Below the pieces are notes generated by a model. It searched no databases. It saw nothing but the letters and a program-made list of their open reading frames with translations, and had not been told where the DNA came from. Source: Cyanobacteria bacterium RM1_2_2 (GTDB taxonomy: Bacteria > Cyanobacteriota > Cyanobacteriia > Elainellales > Elainellaceae). Taken from it: 64,000 nucleotides of DNA. Location: contig JAAUQT010000001.1 of the NCBI GenBank assembly GCA_012033495.1, forward strand, positions 9,204 through 73,203, read 5' to 3'. Made by a program: the position numbers and the translations under genes. This document shows positions 29,464-40,239 of the stretch, piece by piece (positions within the stretch are counted from its first letter, which is position 1; each line of letters opens with the position of its first letter).

Positions 29464-30135
29464 TTGATGCTGCTCTGCATTGCTGATGTGCTTAAGCCTG
29501 AAGAGTTGCAAACCATAATCGCTAAACTAACAGCGGCTCCGTTTGTCGACGGCAAAACAACTGCCGGATGGCACGCCCGACTGGTCAAACACAATATCCA
29601 GCTTGATAGTAATGCTGCGATTGCTCCAGAACTCAAGCAACTGGTGCTTGCGGCTCTTCAGCGGAGTGCTCTGTTTCAAATGGCGGTGCGTCCGAAGGTG
29701 ATCCGAGCACCTTTGTTTAGTCGTTATGAAGTCGGCATGTCCTACGGCAGCCATGTTGATAATGCGCTGATGGGCGACCCTCCAATGCGATCAGATGTGT
29801 CGATGACGCTATTCTTGTCTCCCAGCGATGCTTACGATGGCGGTGAACTGGTACTGGAAACCCCTCAAGGCGAAGAGGCGATCAAACTAGAGGCTGGCTC
29901 AATGGTCGTTTATCCTTCTGCGACCCTGCATCGAGTTGAGCCTGTAACCCGTGGCATTCGGCTGGTAGCAGTTACTTGGATTCAGAGCCTCGTGCGAGAT
30001 CCCCACGACCGCGAAATTTTGTTCGATCTAGACACCGCACGGCAGGCAATCTTTGAGAAATATGGCAAAACGCCAGAGTTTGATCTTCTATCCAAAAGCC
30101 ATGCTAATTTGCTGCGTAAATGGGTTGATTTCTAA
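29464..30135 (+). CDS. PKHD-type Fe(II)/2-oxoglutarate-dependent hydroxylase (PiuC/YbiX-like)
   Basis: 223 aa. The N-terminus is MLLCIADVLKPEEL....FVDGKTTAG. The facial triad is HVDN ... H in ATLHRVEPVTRG, and the C-terminal helical domain is typical of the family. Confidence 0.8.
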   Translation: MMLLCIADVLKPEELQTIIAKLTAAPFVDGKTTAGWHARLVKHNIQLDSNAAIAPELKQLVLAALQRSALFQMAVRPKVIRAPLFSRYEVGMSYGSHVDNALMGDPPMRSDVSMTLFLSPSDAYDGGELVLETPQGEEAIKLEAGSMVVYPSATLHRVEPVTRGIRLVAVTWIQSLVRDPHDREILFDLDTARQAIFEKYGKTPEFDLLSKSHANLLRKWVDF

Positions 30136-30197
30136 TGGAGTCGTTGAAGTTAATTTGTTGAATTTTAGTTCAATCTTGAATCGCTCTAGGAGTCAGC

Positions 30198-30500
30198 ATG
30201 AACCTTGCAACATTGGCAGCAATTGGCTACGGCATCTTGGCAGCAGTAGGTGGCATTTTAGGCTATACCCAAGCGAGAAGCCAAACTTCCTTAATTTCAG
30301 GACTAATCAGCGGCATTTTGCTGATTGTAGGTGGGATTGCTCATCAGCAAAACCTGAGTTGGGGATTGCCCTTGTCTGTAGGCATAACTATCCTACTCAT
30401 TATCGTCTTTGTGATTCGCTTCATCAAAACTCGTAAGTTTATGCCGGCTGGATTAATGGTCGTCGCAGGAATTGTAGCTCTGTTGGGCTTAACGGCTTAG
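30198..30500 (+). CDS. TMEM14/UPF0136-family small membrane protein
   Basis: 100 aa with four Gly-rich transmembrane helices (GYGILAAVGGILGY..., SGLISGILLIVGG). Confidence 0.55.
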   Translation: MNLATLAAIGYGILAAVGGILGYTQARSQTSLISGLISGILLIVGGIAHQQNLSWGLPLSVGITILLIIVFVIRFIKTRKFMPAGLMVVAGIVALLGLTA

Positions 30501-30619
30501 GAGGAGGGCAAAGGGCAAAAGGTGAAGAGACTTGATTGTTTGAAACTTCTACTTTCCATCTTTCGCTTTCAACCTCCTGTCTTTACGCTCCTTCTACCCT
30601 CTGCCTTCTGCCTTCTAAA

Positions 30620-31012
30620 TCAGCAGTAACCACTAATATCTTCGCCGCAAACATCTGCAAGATAGCAGAGGGCCCGAAAGCGTAGGGCAACAACTTGATC
30701 GTAGACGGGATTTAGCTTGCAAAGTGGTGGAATATGAAATAGGGTATGCCCAAACAGTTTTACAGTGCGTTCAAACGGGCACTGAGCCGGAATAAGCTGA
30801 CAAATACGGTGTGCAAGGTCAGAACTTTCGATTTGAATATTGTCTAACCAACGCCGGATCGGGAAAAACAGATCAAACTCAGGTCGAGCGGGAGCTTGGG
30901 GGGGTGTCGTTGAATGAGCCGCGTCAATTTGGTTGACTGGTAGTTCAGCAGCGTTGATCCAAGTCCAGCTAACAAGAGCAAGGTTTTCTGCATTACGATT
31001 CGAGGCGTTCAT
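30620..31012 (-). CDS. Mo-dependent nitrogenase C-terminal domain family protein
   Basis: ICQLIPAQCPFERTVKLFGHTLFHIPPLCKLNPVYDQVVALRFRAL matches my recollection of the cyanobacterial Mo-nitro_C family. Confidence 0.5.
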   Translation of the reverse strand: MNASNRNAENLALVSWTWINAAELPVNQIDAAHSTTPPQAPARPEFDLFFPIRRWLDNIQIESSDLAHRICQLIPAQCPFERTVKLFGHTLFHIPPLCKLNPVYDQVVALRFRALCYLADVCGEDISGYC

Positions 31013-31321
31013 ATTGTTTCCTCTAACTTAGATGAGATTGGAATAACATAAAGTTCCAACTAGCTTCCTACTCAAGGTTCTACACAGGATAAGCCCCTAG
31101 ATTCGGAAGTAACGCGTGCTTCTTCAGAGAAAATTTAAAGTCAGTGGTGCTTACCTTTATAAAATCGGCTTTTAGACGATACGGCACGCTCGATTCGAGA
31201 GATTTTCAACTCTACCGATATGGGTATCTTGCCCTGCTGACTCCATGAGCAGGCGTGTAAAAATACTGATTTTTGGCTCTGTGATGGACTGCTCCTTAGC
31301 TGACCTTACGAGAAATCCACA

Positions 31322-31356
31322 GCAAAAAAAGCGGGTCAGGCAAAGCCCAACCCACC
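31322..31356 (-). terminator. Candidate intrinsic terminator downstream of rnj
   Basis: On the minus strand, GGGTTGGGC-TTT-GCCTGACCC forms a 9-bp stem with two G-U pairs, followed by GCTTTTTTTGC. It lies about 100 nt past the rnj stop. Confidence 0.4.
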
Positions 31357-31389
31357 TTGAAGGTTCAATTTTTAACGCAATTTGTCAGT

Positions 31390-31448
31390 TTGATGCTGAT
31401 TAGCTTGATACTGATTAGCTTGATGCCGATCAGCTTGATACTGACAGC
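31390..31448. repeat. 15-bp tandem repeat, about 4 copies
   Basis: TTGATGCTGATTAGC TTGATACTGATTAGC TTGATGCCGATCAGC TTGATACTGACAGC, immediately 3' of rnj. Confidence 0.8.
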
Positions 31449-31457
31449 ATCCCGAAT

Positions 31458-33212
31458 CTATGAGGCAACCTTGGCAGTTGGACGTGAGCGGCGTGTAGTA
31501 GTAGTGACTGGCGGTTCTAACGGAGTTTGCAGCAAGAAAACAACTGTCGGATTGGTCTGCAACTCCCGACGTAGCAGACGGCGCAGTTCTGCCTCAACAT
31601 CGCTGCGTAGACGAATCCAGTCTACTTCTACGCTGCTATTGCCCGCTGGACTGTAATTCACCCAACGGTCGTCGATCAGCGCCTCCATCGACTGGATAAT
31701 GATCTGCTCTAATTTGGCTTTTTCGACAACGGTGACTACACCCCGCAGGTGAATTTCTGGTTTAGCAACCCATTCACCATCCCAGCCGATGGCAGCCGCA
31801 ACCGTGATAATGCCATCTTCAGCAAGCTGCTGGCGCTCTTTCAAAACCCGCTCATGCACCATGCCAGCATGGGAAGAGTCTACTAATTCGATGCCAGAAG
31901 GCACTTTACCTACAATGCTAATGCTGTCGGTGGTTAGCCCTACAACATCACCATTGTTGATAATCACCATATTTTCAGCCGGAATTCCCATGCTTTGCGC
32001 AGTTTCGGAGTGTTTCACCAGCATCCGATGTTCACCATGCACAGGCAAGAAAAACTTGGGTCGAGTCAGGGCAATCATCAGCTTTTGGTCTTCCTGTGCT
32101 CCGTGCCCAGAAACGTGAATGCCTTTGTCACGCCCATAGACGACTTTTGCCCCTAGCATCATCAATTTGTCGATCGTGTTCACCACGGCAATGGTGTTGC
32201 CTGGAATTGGGTTTGCCGAAAAGACGACCGTATCCCCTTGCCGAATTTTGACTTGGCGATGCTCTTGGTTGGCGATCCGAGTCAAGGCTGCCATTGGCTC
32301 ACCTTGCGATCCAGTCGTGAGAATCACCACATTCTCATCCGGAATTTTGTTGAGCATGTTGAGGGGCACAAACAGGTCATCATCACACTTGATATAGCCT
32401 AGAGTGCGGGCATGGGCAATCACATTCAGCATCGAACGACCAATCACCGATACCACCCGCCCCTGTTTTTTGGCCAACTCCAAAATCATGTTGACCCGAT
32501 GGACAGAGGAAGCAAAGGTCGTCACAATCAGCCGTCCTGAAGCTTGAGCAAACACTCGATCGAGGTTGGGGAAAACCGACCGCTCAGACGGCGTGAAACC
32601 GGGAACTTCAGAGTTAGTGGAATCACTAATTAGGCAAAGAACGCCTTTTTCGCCGTGCTCGGCGAGCCGCTGCAAGTCAAACTTCTCACCGTCTACGGGC
32701 GTGTGATCAATTTTAAAATCTCCGGTGTGGAGTACGACTCCAATTGGCGTATGGATCGCCACCGAAAAACTATCGGCGATGGAATGCGTGTTGCGAATAT
32801 ATTCCACCAGAAAAGAAGGGCTAATTCGCACCATTTCGCGCGGCTGAACTTTGTGCAGCTTTGTGCGATTAGCGACACCAGCTTCTTCCAACTTGTCCTG
32901 TAAAAGCGCCATTGCTAAGCGCGGCCCATAGATCACTGGAATGTCAAATTGCTTCAGGTGAAAGGCAATCCCGCCAATATGGTCTTCGTGTCCGTGGGTG
33001 ACGATCATGCCTCGGATTTTGTGGCGGTTTTCTCGTAAATAGGTCATGTCTGGAAGCACAACATTCACGCCATGCATCCCGTCGGTTGGAAAGGCTAAGC
33101 CTGCATCCAACAAAATGATTTCATCGTTGTACTCAAACACACAGGTGTTTTTACCAATTTCGTGGAGTCCACCGAGCGGAATGATTTTGAGAGTGTTTTC
33201 GGTTTGATTCAT
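31458..33212 (-). CDS. rnj: Ribonuclease J
   Basis: Metallo-beta-lactamase motif VTHGHEDHIGG, a beta-CASP region and the N-terminus LKIIPLGGLHEIGKNTCVFEY. 584 aa. Confidence 0.9.
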   Translation of the reverse strand: MNQTENTLKIIPLGGLHEIGKNTCVFEYNDEIILLDAGLAFPTDGMHGVNVVLPDMTYLRENRHKIRGMIVTHGHEDHIGGIAFHLKQFDIPVIYGPRLAMALLQDKLEEAGVANRTKLHKVQPREMVRISPSFLVEYIRNTHSIADSFSVAIHTPIGVVLHTGDFKIDHTPVDGEKFDLQRLAEHGEKGVLCLISDSTNSEVPGFTPSERSVFPNLDRVFAQASGRLIVTTFASSVHRVNMILELAKKQGRVVSVIGRSMLNVIAHARTLGYIKCDDDLFVPLNMLNKIPDENVVILTTGSQGEPMAALTRIANQEHRQVKIRQGDTVVFSANPIPGNTIAVVNTIDKLMMLGAKVVYGRDKGIHVSGHGAQEDQKLMIALTRPKFFLPVHGEHRMLVKHSETAQSMGIPAENMVIINNGDVVGLTTDSISIVGKVPSGIELVDSSHAGMVHERVLKERQQLAEDGIITVAAAIGWDGEWVAKPEIHLRGVVTVVEKAKLEQIIIQSMEALIDDRWVNYSPAGNSSVEVDWIRLRSDVEAELRRLLRRELQTNPTVVFLLQTPLEPPVTTTTRRSRPTAKVAS

Positions 33213-33444
33213 GTTTATCCTTGTCTAACTGTGTCTAACTTGTTTGACGGTGTGCTTGAAAATTTGCATGTTTTGAAACGGCTGAAAGCTACAGAGGGAT
33301 CTGGCATTGGGGCAAAACAGACTTACTAAATTGGGAAACAAAAATCCCTTCAAAGCAGAGCAATCAGCCATGAGAAACGATGTAAGTCGCTATTGAGTTG
33401 TCAAAAAGCTTGCAATAGAGCGAATGCTTGTGTGTTGCATCGGT

Positions 33445-34338
33445 CTACTTCACTTCTAGTAAGCCCAAATCTGTCATCGTGGTTTGGAGCAGTTGATCGA
33501 GTGCAACAGAGTCGTCTCGCAAAGGAAGCCGTGTTGTACCCACTTGCCAGCCTTGTAGCCTCAGCGCCATCTTGACTGGAATCGGATTGGTTGAATAGAA
33601 CAGCGCCTTAAATAGAGGGAATAACTTGAAATGAAGCTGAGCCGCAACCTGAACCTGCCCTTGCTCAAAGGCGCGGATCATTTGCTGAATCGACTCGCCC
33701 GTCAGATGACTCGCGACACTGATCACACCCTGTGCTCCAACTGCCAGCATAGGTAACGTCAGGGAATCGTCACCAGAATAAATGCTGAACTCAGCAGGAG
33801 TCGAGCGTCGGATCTGGCTCACTTGATCAAGATTCCCACTTGCTTCTTTGATCGCCACAATGTTTGGAATCTTAGCCAGCCGAATGACAGTCTCAGGATT
33901 AAGATGCTGCCCAGTACGCCCTGGTACATTGTACAAAATCAGCGGTAGATCAGGGCTAGACTTGGCAATCGCCTGAAAATGTTCAAACAAACCTGCTTGC
34001 GGTGGCTTGTTGTAGTAGGGCACAACCTGTAGGGTTCCATCTAATCCTAGCTTATCTGCCTTCTGAGTGGCAGCAATTGCTTCCGAAGTTGAGTTGGAAC
34101 CTGTTCCGGCAATCACTTTTGCTTTGCCCGTAACTGCTTGCTGCACCACCTGAAAAAGCTGATATTCCTCATCCCAGGTTAAGGTCGGTGACTCCCCGGT
34201 TGTGCCGCAGACAACCAGCGTGTCAGTTCCCCGTTCCGTCAGGTGTGCTGCTAAAGCTTCAGCCACTGCATAGTTGACGTTGCCATCTTCAGTGAATGGC
34301 GTAATCATAGCAGTCATGACTCGTCCGAACATCGTCAC
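33445..34338 (-). CDS. dapA: 4-hydroxy-tetrahydrodipicolinate synthase
   Basis: The sequence shows [21 protein letters not shown] and the active-site Lys context AIKEASG. 297 aa. Confidence 0.9.
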   Translation of the reverse strand: MTMFGRVMTAMITPFTEDGNVNYAVAEALAAHLTERGTDTLVVCGTTGESPTLTWDEEYQLFQVVQQAVTGKAKVIAGTGSNSTSEAIAATQKADKLGLDGTLQVVPYYNKPPQAGLFEHFQAIAKSSPDLPLILYNVPGRTGQHLNPETVIRLAKIPNIVAIKEASGNLDQVSQIRRSTPAEFSIYSGDDSLTLPMLAVGAQGVISVASHLTGESIQQMIRAFEQGQVQVAAQLHFKLFPLFKALFYSTNPIPVKMALRLQGWQVGTTRLPLRDDSVALDQLLQTTMTDLGLLEVK

Positions 34339-34422
34339 GTTTTACTAGCTCCTCTTAAGAGAATCGAAGGCTGAGAATTTGCTGACCGCTGGACTCCCTT
34401 TGGGTTTCATCCCGTTGAGATC

Positions 34423-35472
34423 TCAGACCGTCACGCTAGTGCTTACTGGAGTTGGTCGGATTAGCCCTTGGCTATGTAGCAACTCAGCAATTTGAACGGC
34501 GTTGAGGGCAGCCCCCTTACGGATTTGATCACCACTAAGCCAAAGTTCCAGCCCGTTTGGATGCGACAAATCTTGGCGGATGCGACCCACCAAAACATCA
34601 TCCTGACCGCTAGCTTCGATCGGCATTGGAAAGTGGTTAGTCTGCCAATTTTCTACTAGCTTAATCCCAGGAGCCTGAGACAGGATATCACGCGCTTGAG
34701 CCACGTTAAACGGAGTTGCAAACTCTAGGTTAATTGCCTCGGAATGAGCGCGTAGGACGGGAACCCGAACACAAGTGGCGGTAATTCGCAAATCGGGTAC
34801 AGCAAAGATTTTGCGCGTCTCATTTACCATTTTCATTTCTTCCTCGCAGTAGCCCAGGCTATTCAGCGGTGAGTTGTGCGGAAAAACATTGAAGGCAATT
34901 TGGTAAGGGAAAATCTCAGCTTGAGGTTCTTGCCCTTGGAGAATCGCCAGCGATTGGGTTTTGGCTTCCTCCATCGCCCGTGCCCCTGCGCCGCTAGCAG
35001 CTTGATAGGTTGAGGCAACTAGCCGTTGAATGGGCTGTACTCGATGGAGTGGATAAACTGCAACTGCCATCAAAATAGTGGAACAATTAGGGTTAGCAAT
35101 GATGCCTTGGTGAGTTGCAGCGGCTTCTGGATTAATTTCGGGCACAATCAGCGGCACTTGGGGAGCCATCCGAAAGGCGCTAGAGTTGTCGATCATCACG
35201 GCTCCGGCTGCCACAATTTGATCGGCCCATGCTTTTGAGATCGAACCGCCTGCTGATGCCAACACCAAGTCAACGCCATCAAAAGAGCGTTCATCAACCG
35301 GACTGACTCGTAAAGTTTCGCCCTTAAATGTCAAATCCTGACCGGCTGAGCGAGGCGACGCCAGCAGTTTTAGCTCACCGACTGGAAAATGCCGTTCCTC
35401 CAATAGCTGAATGAGTTCTGTGCCAACTGCGCCTGTCGCGCCCAAAATAGCAACTGTATACAATCGGGGCAA
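34423..35472 (-). CDS. asd: Aspartate-semialdehyde dehydrogenase
   Basis: The sequence shows VAILGATGAVG, the catalytic Cys in IANPNCSTI and the conserved C-terminal GAALNAVQIAE. 349 aa. Confidence 0.9.
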   Translation of the reverse strand: MPRLYTVAILGATGAVGTELIQLLEERHFPVGELKLLASPRSAGQDLTFKGETLRVSPVDERSFDGVDLVLASAGGSISKAWADQIVAAGAVMIDNSSAFRMAPQVPLIVPEINPEAAATHQGIIANPNCSTILMAVAVYPLHRVQPIQRLVASTYQAASGAGARAMEEAKTQSLAILQGQEPQAEIFPYQIAFNVFPHNSPLNSLGYCEEEMKMVNETRKIFAVPDLRITATCVRVPVLRAHSEAINLEFATPFNVAQARDILSQAPGIKLVENWQTNHFPMPIEASGQDDVLVGRIRQDLSHPNGLELWLSGDQIRKGAALNAVQIAELLHSQGLIRPTPVSTSVTV

Positions 35473-36248
35473 ATTAGAGTCCTCCTAAGCCTAAGCGTTG
35501 ATAAAAGATTGAGTTTGAAAACTGAGTTTGAGAAATCTAGCAGAATCGAAGTGCCCAGCAGTCTAGACCGAGAATTTTTTAGAAAAACTTATTTAGAGTT
35601 GATGCTGTCATCAGAGCATATTAGTGGAAGGGTCGGTGGCTCGCTACCTATTCGGGTGTGGAGATGAATTGTCAAGTCCAAAAAGAATTTATATAGCTTG
35701 ATGCAATAGTGCATATGGAGCTTGTGGGCTACGAATCTATAGGAACTATCAAACTGAAATATAATTTACTCGGAAGCAAAGTGATCTCAGCATAATTTCT
35801 TCAGTCTCTCAAGCATGAGGATACGCTTACAGTCTTAGAATTCTGCCCAGTGCTTCTCAAGGCTTCTAGCCAAACTCTACTCACTTATTAATTAAGACAC
35901 TTAATTAATTAAGATTATTTAAGTTAATTTGCTAATCGTTTGGTTTATCTAATGAATTGCTAGTCTGGTAAATAATCTTTTAGGTTTTAATTCTTAAGCT
36001 TCAGAGCTTGGTTGCTTAGAAAAGCATGACTATATATTTAGACTACCTGAAACTCTACCGAAAATTACGCCGAAACTCGATCATTGACTCTATTTATTCA
36101 CCTCATAGAAGTTTAGAGGGTTAGTCGGTCAGTGGTTGATGAGTTTTATCTTTTCTCCCCCTACATCTGAGTCAGAATCAGTTACCATAGCTTATTGCGG
36201 CAAGGCTGAGCAATTCAGCGACCTAGCAAAGACGTTACGAGAAATGCG

Positions 36249-37927
36249 ATGAAAGTTACCCAGGAAAATTACCCGCCAGCCAGATCGGTCTAGAGATCGA
36301 GATTACGCCCGAAATGTCCCAGCAGGCTTATGAGAAAACCCTGCAAGAATTTACACGTTTTGCTAACATTCCTGGGTTTCGGAAGGGAAAAGTGCCGCGT
36401 CAAGTATTGATTCAGCGGTTTGGGTCTACCCGCATCAAAGCAACGGTGGTAGAAGATTTGATCCAAAGCAGTTTGCAAAAAGCAATTGAGCAAGAAGAAA
36501 TTGCGGTAATTGGTAGCCCAAACTTGAAATCATCCTTCGATGAGTTGGTAGAGCAGTTCCGTCCGGGCGCAGCAATGACGTTTTCGGCTGCTGTAGATGT
36601 AGTTCCAGAGATTGTGCTCAAGCAGTACAAGGATTTGCAGGTGCAAGCTGAGGAGTTCACCTATGATCCGGAACGGGTAGACAAAGTTTTAGAAGACTAT
36701 CGAAAGCGCTCTGCTACGCTGGTTCCAGTCGAGGAACGTCCTGCTCAGCAGGGTGATGTTGCTACGGTGGATTTTGCAGGACGCTTGACTGGTGAACTAG
36801 AATCTGAACCCGAAGATGGCGGAGAAGACGAGGCTACCGAATCTGAATCGAACGAGATTCCGGGTGGTAGCGCCGAAGATTTTGAGATTGAACTTTCAGA
36901 AGGGCGGTTTATCCCTGGGTTTGTAGATGGCATTATTGGAATGCAGCTAGGGGAAACTAAGGAGGTTGCTGTCACTTTTCCAGAAGACTATCCTCAGCCC
37001 GATTTGGCAGGTAAACCCGCTGTTTTTACGATTACCGTTAAAGAGCTCAAAGAGCGAGAACTGCCCGAATTGGATGATGACTTTGCCCAAGAGGTAAGCG
37101 AGTTTGAAACCCTAGCAGAACTGCGCGAATCGCTGGAATCTCGCTTTCAAAAAGAAGCTGAGCAAAAAACGAAGGAAAGTAAGCAGCAGGCTTTACTAGA
37201 TCAGCTTTTAGAGCAGCTAGAGGCAGATTTGCCCGAAACGTTGATCCGGCGTGAAGTCGATCAAGCAGTGACCCAAACCGCCATGCAGTTTAGTCAACAG
37301 GGCATGGACATTAGAAAAACTTTTACGCAGGAAGTGGTGGCAATGCTGCGAGAGCAAGCTCGCCCTGAGGCTCTGATTCGTCTGAAGCGAACGTTAGCCC
37401 TTGGAGAAATTGCCAAGCAGGAATCCATTGAGGTTTCGGCAGATGAGGTTCAAGCCAAGGTGGAAGAACTGCTCACAGAATATGGTGGGCAAGAAGATAT
37501 TGACCCAGACCGTCTGCGCGAAGTCGTTCAAGAAGACTTGCTACGGGAAAAAATTCTCGATTGGCTGGAGGTGAACAATACGGTCGAATTGGTTCCAGAG
37601 GGTTCGTTAACGCCTGTTGGAGAGCCGGACTCAGAAGAGGCAGTTGGAGTCGAGATGATTGAAGAATCTGAGTCAGTGACTCCATTGATTGAGCCAGAAA
37701 CAACTCCCAGCACAATGGATACCATCGAAGTCGCAGCCCGTCCGGTGGAAGATGAGGCTGTAGAACCTGACCTTGGAGCAGCGACCGAAGAGGCAGCAGT
37801 GGTTGTCGAAGAGGCAGAATCAGCCGCAGCGACCTCAGAAACCCTGCCTGAACAACCGTCTCAATCTGCTCAACCAGGAAGCTCGACCAAATCAGGTAAG
37901 CCAGAATCTAAAAAAGCTAAAAAGTAG
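36249..37927 (+). pseudogene. tig: Trigger factor, first 22 codons displaced by a 1-nt frameshift as sequenced (probably an artefact)
   Basis: The ATG at 36249 gives MKVTQE and then runs out of frame. Adding one A to the A4 run at 36265-36268 gives MKVTQEKLPASQIGLEIEITPEMSQQAYEK..., the canonical TF N-terminus continuous with ORF 36314-37927. There is a long acidic C-terminal tail. Confidence 0.85.
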
Positions 37928-38166
37928 CTGAAAAGCAGAGAGGCTTAACTTTTGGCGGCAAAATCTCAGCGCAAAATAGTGGAAAGATAGGGTGGTATTT
38001 TCACCAGTCCCAAATGAGTTAAGGCATAATGTCGAATATACGCTGTTTAGATCGAGCATCGTCTTCTGCTTTATCTCCATTGCATGAACGCTTTATTGCT
38101 TCGGAGTTAGATTATCTCAATTTGCGGTTTATGACTTTTCAGTTCAGATAGGGTTCAGGTATTGAT

Positions 38167-38847
38167 ATGAATTTACCCTTTTCTAACCATCAATCCAGCG
38201 GGCAGATAGCCAAGATCTCTGCTAGCGATGCAGTTATTCCCATGGTGGTCGAGCAATCTGGTCGGGGCGAACGCGCCTTTGACCTCTACTCTCGCCTTCT
38301 ACGCGAACGGATTGTGTTTTTGGGAGATCAGGTTACTGATGCCCTCGCTGACCTGATCGTGGCTCAGTTGCTCTTCCTCGATGCTGAAGATCCGGAGCGT
38401 GACATTCAGCTTTACATCAATTCGCCTGGTGGTTCAGTGACGGCTGGCATGGCAATTTATGACACCATGCAGCAGGTACGGCCCGATGTCGTTACGATCT
38501 GTTATGGTTTGGCAGCCAGCATGGGGGCCTTCTTGCTATCGGGTGGAGCAAAGGGGAAACGCCTGTCATTGCCGAGTTCCAGGATTATGATTCACCAGCC
38601 GTTGGGGGGTGCCCAAGGGCAAGCGGTTGATATTGAAATTCAGGCAAAAGAAATTCTGTATCATAAGCGCACGCTAAACGAATTGTTGGCTTATCATACA
38701 GGACAGCCGATCGAAAAGATTGAAGCAGACACGGAACGCGATTTCTTTATGTCGGCAGAAGATGCGAAAAACTATGGTCTGATTGATCAGGTGGTTTCGC
38801 GCCAATATCTGCCCATGCCCGGTGAGACGATTTCCGCAGTCAAGTAA
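38167..38847 (+). CDS. clpP: ATP-dependent Clp protease proteolytic subunit
   Basis: The sequence shows [19 protein letters not shown], the catalytic Ser in [11 protein letters not shown], plus His and Asp. The true start may be the internal ATG at 38242 ([10 protein letters not shown]). Confidence 0.9.
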   Translation: MNLPFSNHQSSGQIAKISASDAVIPMVVEQSGRGERAFDLYSRLLRERIVFLGDQVTDALADLIVAQLLFLDAEDPERDIQLYINSPGGSVTAGMAIYDTMQQVRPDVVTICYGLAASMGAFLLSGGAKGKRLSLPSSRIMIHQPLGGAQGQAVDIEIQAKEILYHKRTLNELLAYHTGQPIEKIEADTERDFFMSAEDAKNYGLIDQVVSRQYLPMPGETISAVK

Positions 38848-38856
38848 GGGGAACCT

Positions 38857-40194
38857 ATGTCTAAATACGACTCCCATCTTAAATGCTCATTCTGTGGTAA
38901 ATCCCAGGAGCAGGTTCGCAAACTCATTGCCGGACCCGGAGTTTATATTTGCGATGAATGTGTTGACCTGTGCAACGAGATTTTAGATGAGGAGTTGTTT
39001 GACTCAGGCGCAGCCGTTCCTCAACCTTCAGCACGACGAGATGGCCAGCCCGAAAAGCGCCCGGTGCGCTCGTCTGGGTTCTCAATGACTCAAATTCCGA
39101 AGCCACGGGAAATTAAGAAGCATCTCGATGAGCATGTAATTGGGCAGGATGAAGCTAAAAAAATCCTCTCGGTTGCAGTTTATAACCACTACAAGCGCCT
39201 CAGTTATTTGCAATCGAAAGGGACAGGCAAACTAGAGGATGCTGTTGAACTGCAAAAATCCAATATTTTGCTGATTGGCCCAACAGGTTGCGGTAAAACT
39301 CTGCTGGCTCAAACCCTGGCAGAAATGTTGGATGTGCCATTTGCGGTTGCTGATGCTACGACCTTAACCGAAGCAGGCTATGTCGGCGAAGATGTCGAGA
39401 ATATCCTTCTGCGTTTGCTACAAGTCGCTGATTTAGATGTCGAAGCTGCGCAGCGGGGCATCATCTACATCGATGAAATTGATAAAGTTGCCCGTAAGAG
39501 CGAAAACCCCTCAATTACCCGCGATGTTTCCGGTGAGGGCGTTCAACAGGCGCTCCTCAAAATGCTGGAGGGAACCGTTGCCAATGTGCCTCCTCAAGGC
39601 GGACGCAAACACCCCTACCAAGACTGCATTCAAATCGACACCAGCAACATTCTGTTCATCTGCGGTGGCGCATTTGTTGGCTTAGACAAAGCCGTCGAAC
39701 AGCGGATTGGCAAGAAGACGATGGGCTTTATCCAACCCGGAGAGGGGCAATCGAAAGAGAAGCGGGCTGCGGATGTGCTGAAGCATTTAGAACCCGATGA
39801 TCTGGTTAAATTTGGCATGATTCCAGAATTCATCGGCCGGGTGCCGGTGCTGGCAATTGTTGATCCGTTAGACGAAGATGCGCTGACGGCGATCTTGACT
39901 GAGCCGAAGAACGCACTCGTAAAGCAATATCAAAAGCTGATGCGGATGGACAACGTGCAGCTTGAGTTTAAGCAGGATGCGGTGCGGGCGATTGCCAAAG
40001 AAGCTTACCGTCGTAAGACAGGGGCAAGGGCATTGCGCAGTATCGTTGAGGAACTGATGCTGGATGTGATGTATGAGCTTCCATCTCGTAAAGATGTGAC
40101 GCGCTGTGCAATCACACGAGAAATGGTAGAAAAGCGTTCTACCGCAGAACTGCTGGTTCATCCCTCTTCTCTGCCTAAGCCGGAGTCTGCCTAG
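38857..40194 (+). CDS. clpX: ATP-dependent Clp protease ATP-binding subunit ClpX
   Basis: Zinc ribbon CSFCGK...CDEC, Walker A GPTGCGKT and Walker [10 protein letters not shown]. 445 aa. Confidence 0.95.
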   Translation: MSKYDSHLKCSFCGKSQEQVRKLIAGPGVYICDECVDLCNEILDEELFDSGAAVPQPSARRDGQPEKRPVRSSGFSMTQIPKPREIKKHLDEHVIGQDEAKKILSVAVYNHYKRLSYLQSKGTGKLEDAVELQKSNILLIGPTGCGKTLLAQTLAEMLDVPFAVADATTLTEAGYVGEDVENILLRLLQVADLDVEAAQRGIIYIDEIDKVARKSENPSITRDVSGEGVQQALLKMLEGTVANVPPQGGRKHPYQDCIQIDTSNILFICGGAFVGLDKAVEQRIGKKTMGFIQPGEGQSKEKRAADVLKHLEPDDLVKFGMIPEFIGRVPVLAIVDPLDEDALTAILTEPKNALVKQYQKLMRMDNVQLEFKQDAVRAIAKEAYRRKTGARALRSIVEELMLDVMYELPSRKDVTRCAITREMVEKRSTAELLVHPSSLPKPESA

Positions 40195-40239
40195 GTTGAG
40201 CTCCGTAAGTAAATTAGCGTCATTTGCAGCCCATCACTA

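Noticed and set aside
30501-30619. An imperfect inverted repeat (GGAGGAGGGCAAAGGGCAAAAGG ... CCTCTGCCTTCTGCCTTCT) between convergent genes, considered as a distinct repeat family with 49713-49790.
   Set aside because: The similarity to the second locus is limited to the short CTGCCTTCTGCC-type motif. It is more simply a bidirectional terminator-like hairpin, and there is not enough evidence for a family.
31390-31448. Possible CRISPR-like arrays at the short tandem repeats (31390-31448, 43606-43659, 58295-58336, 61761-61788).
   Set aside because: The units are 14-21 bp and directly abutting, with no spacers. There are no cas genes in the window. They are simple tandem repeats.
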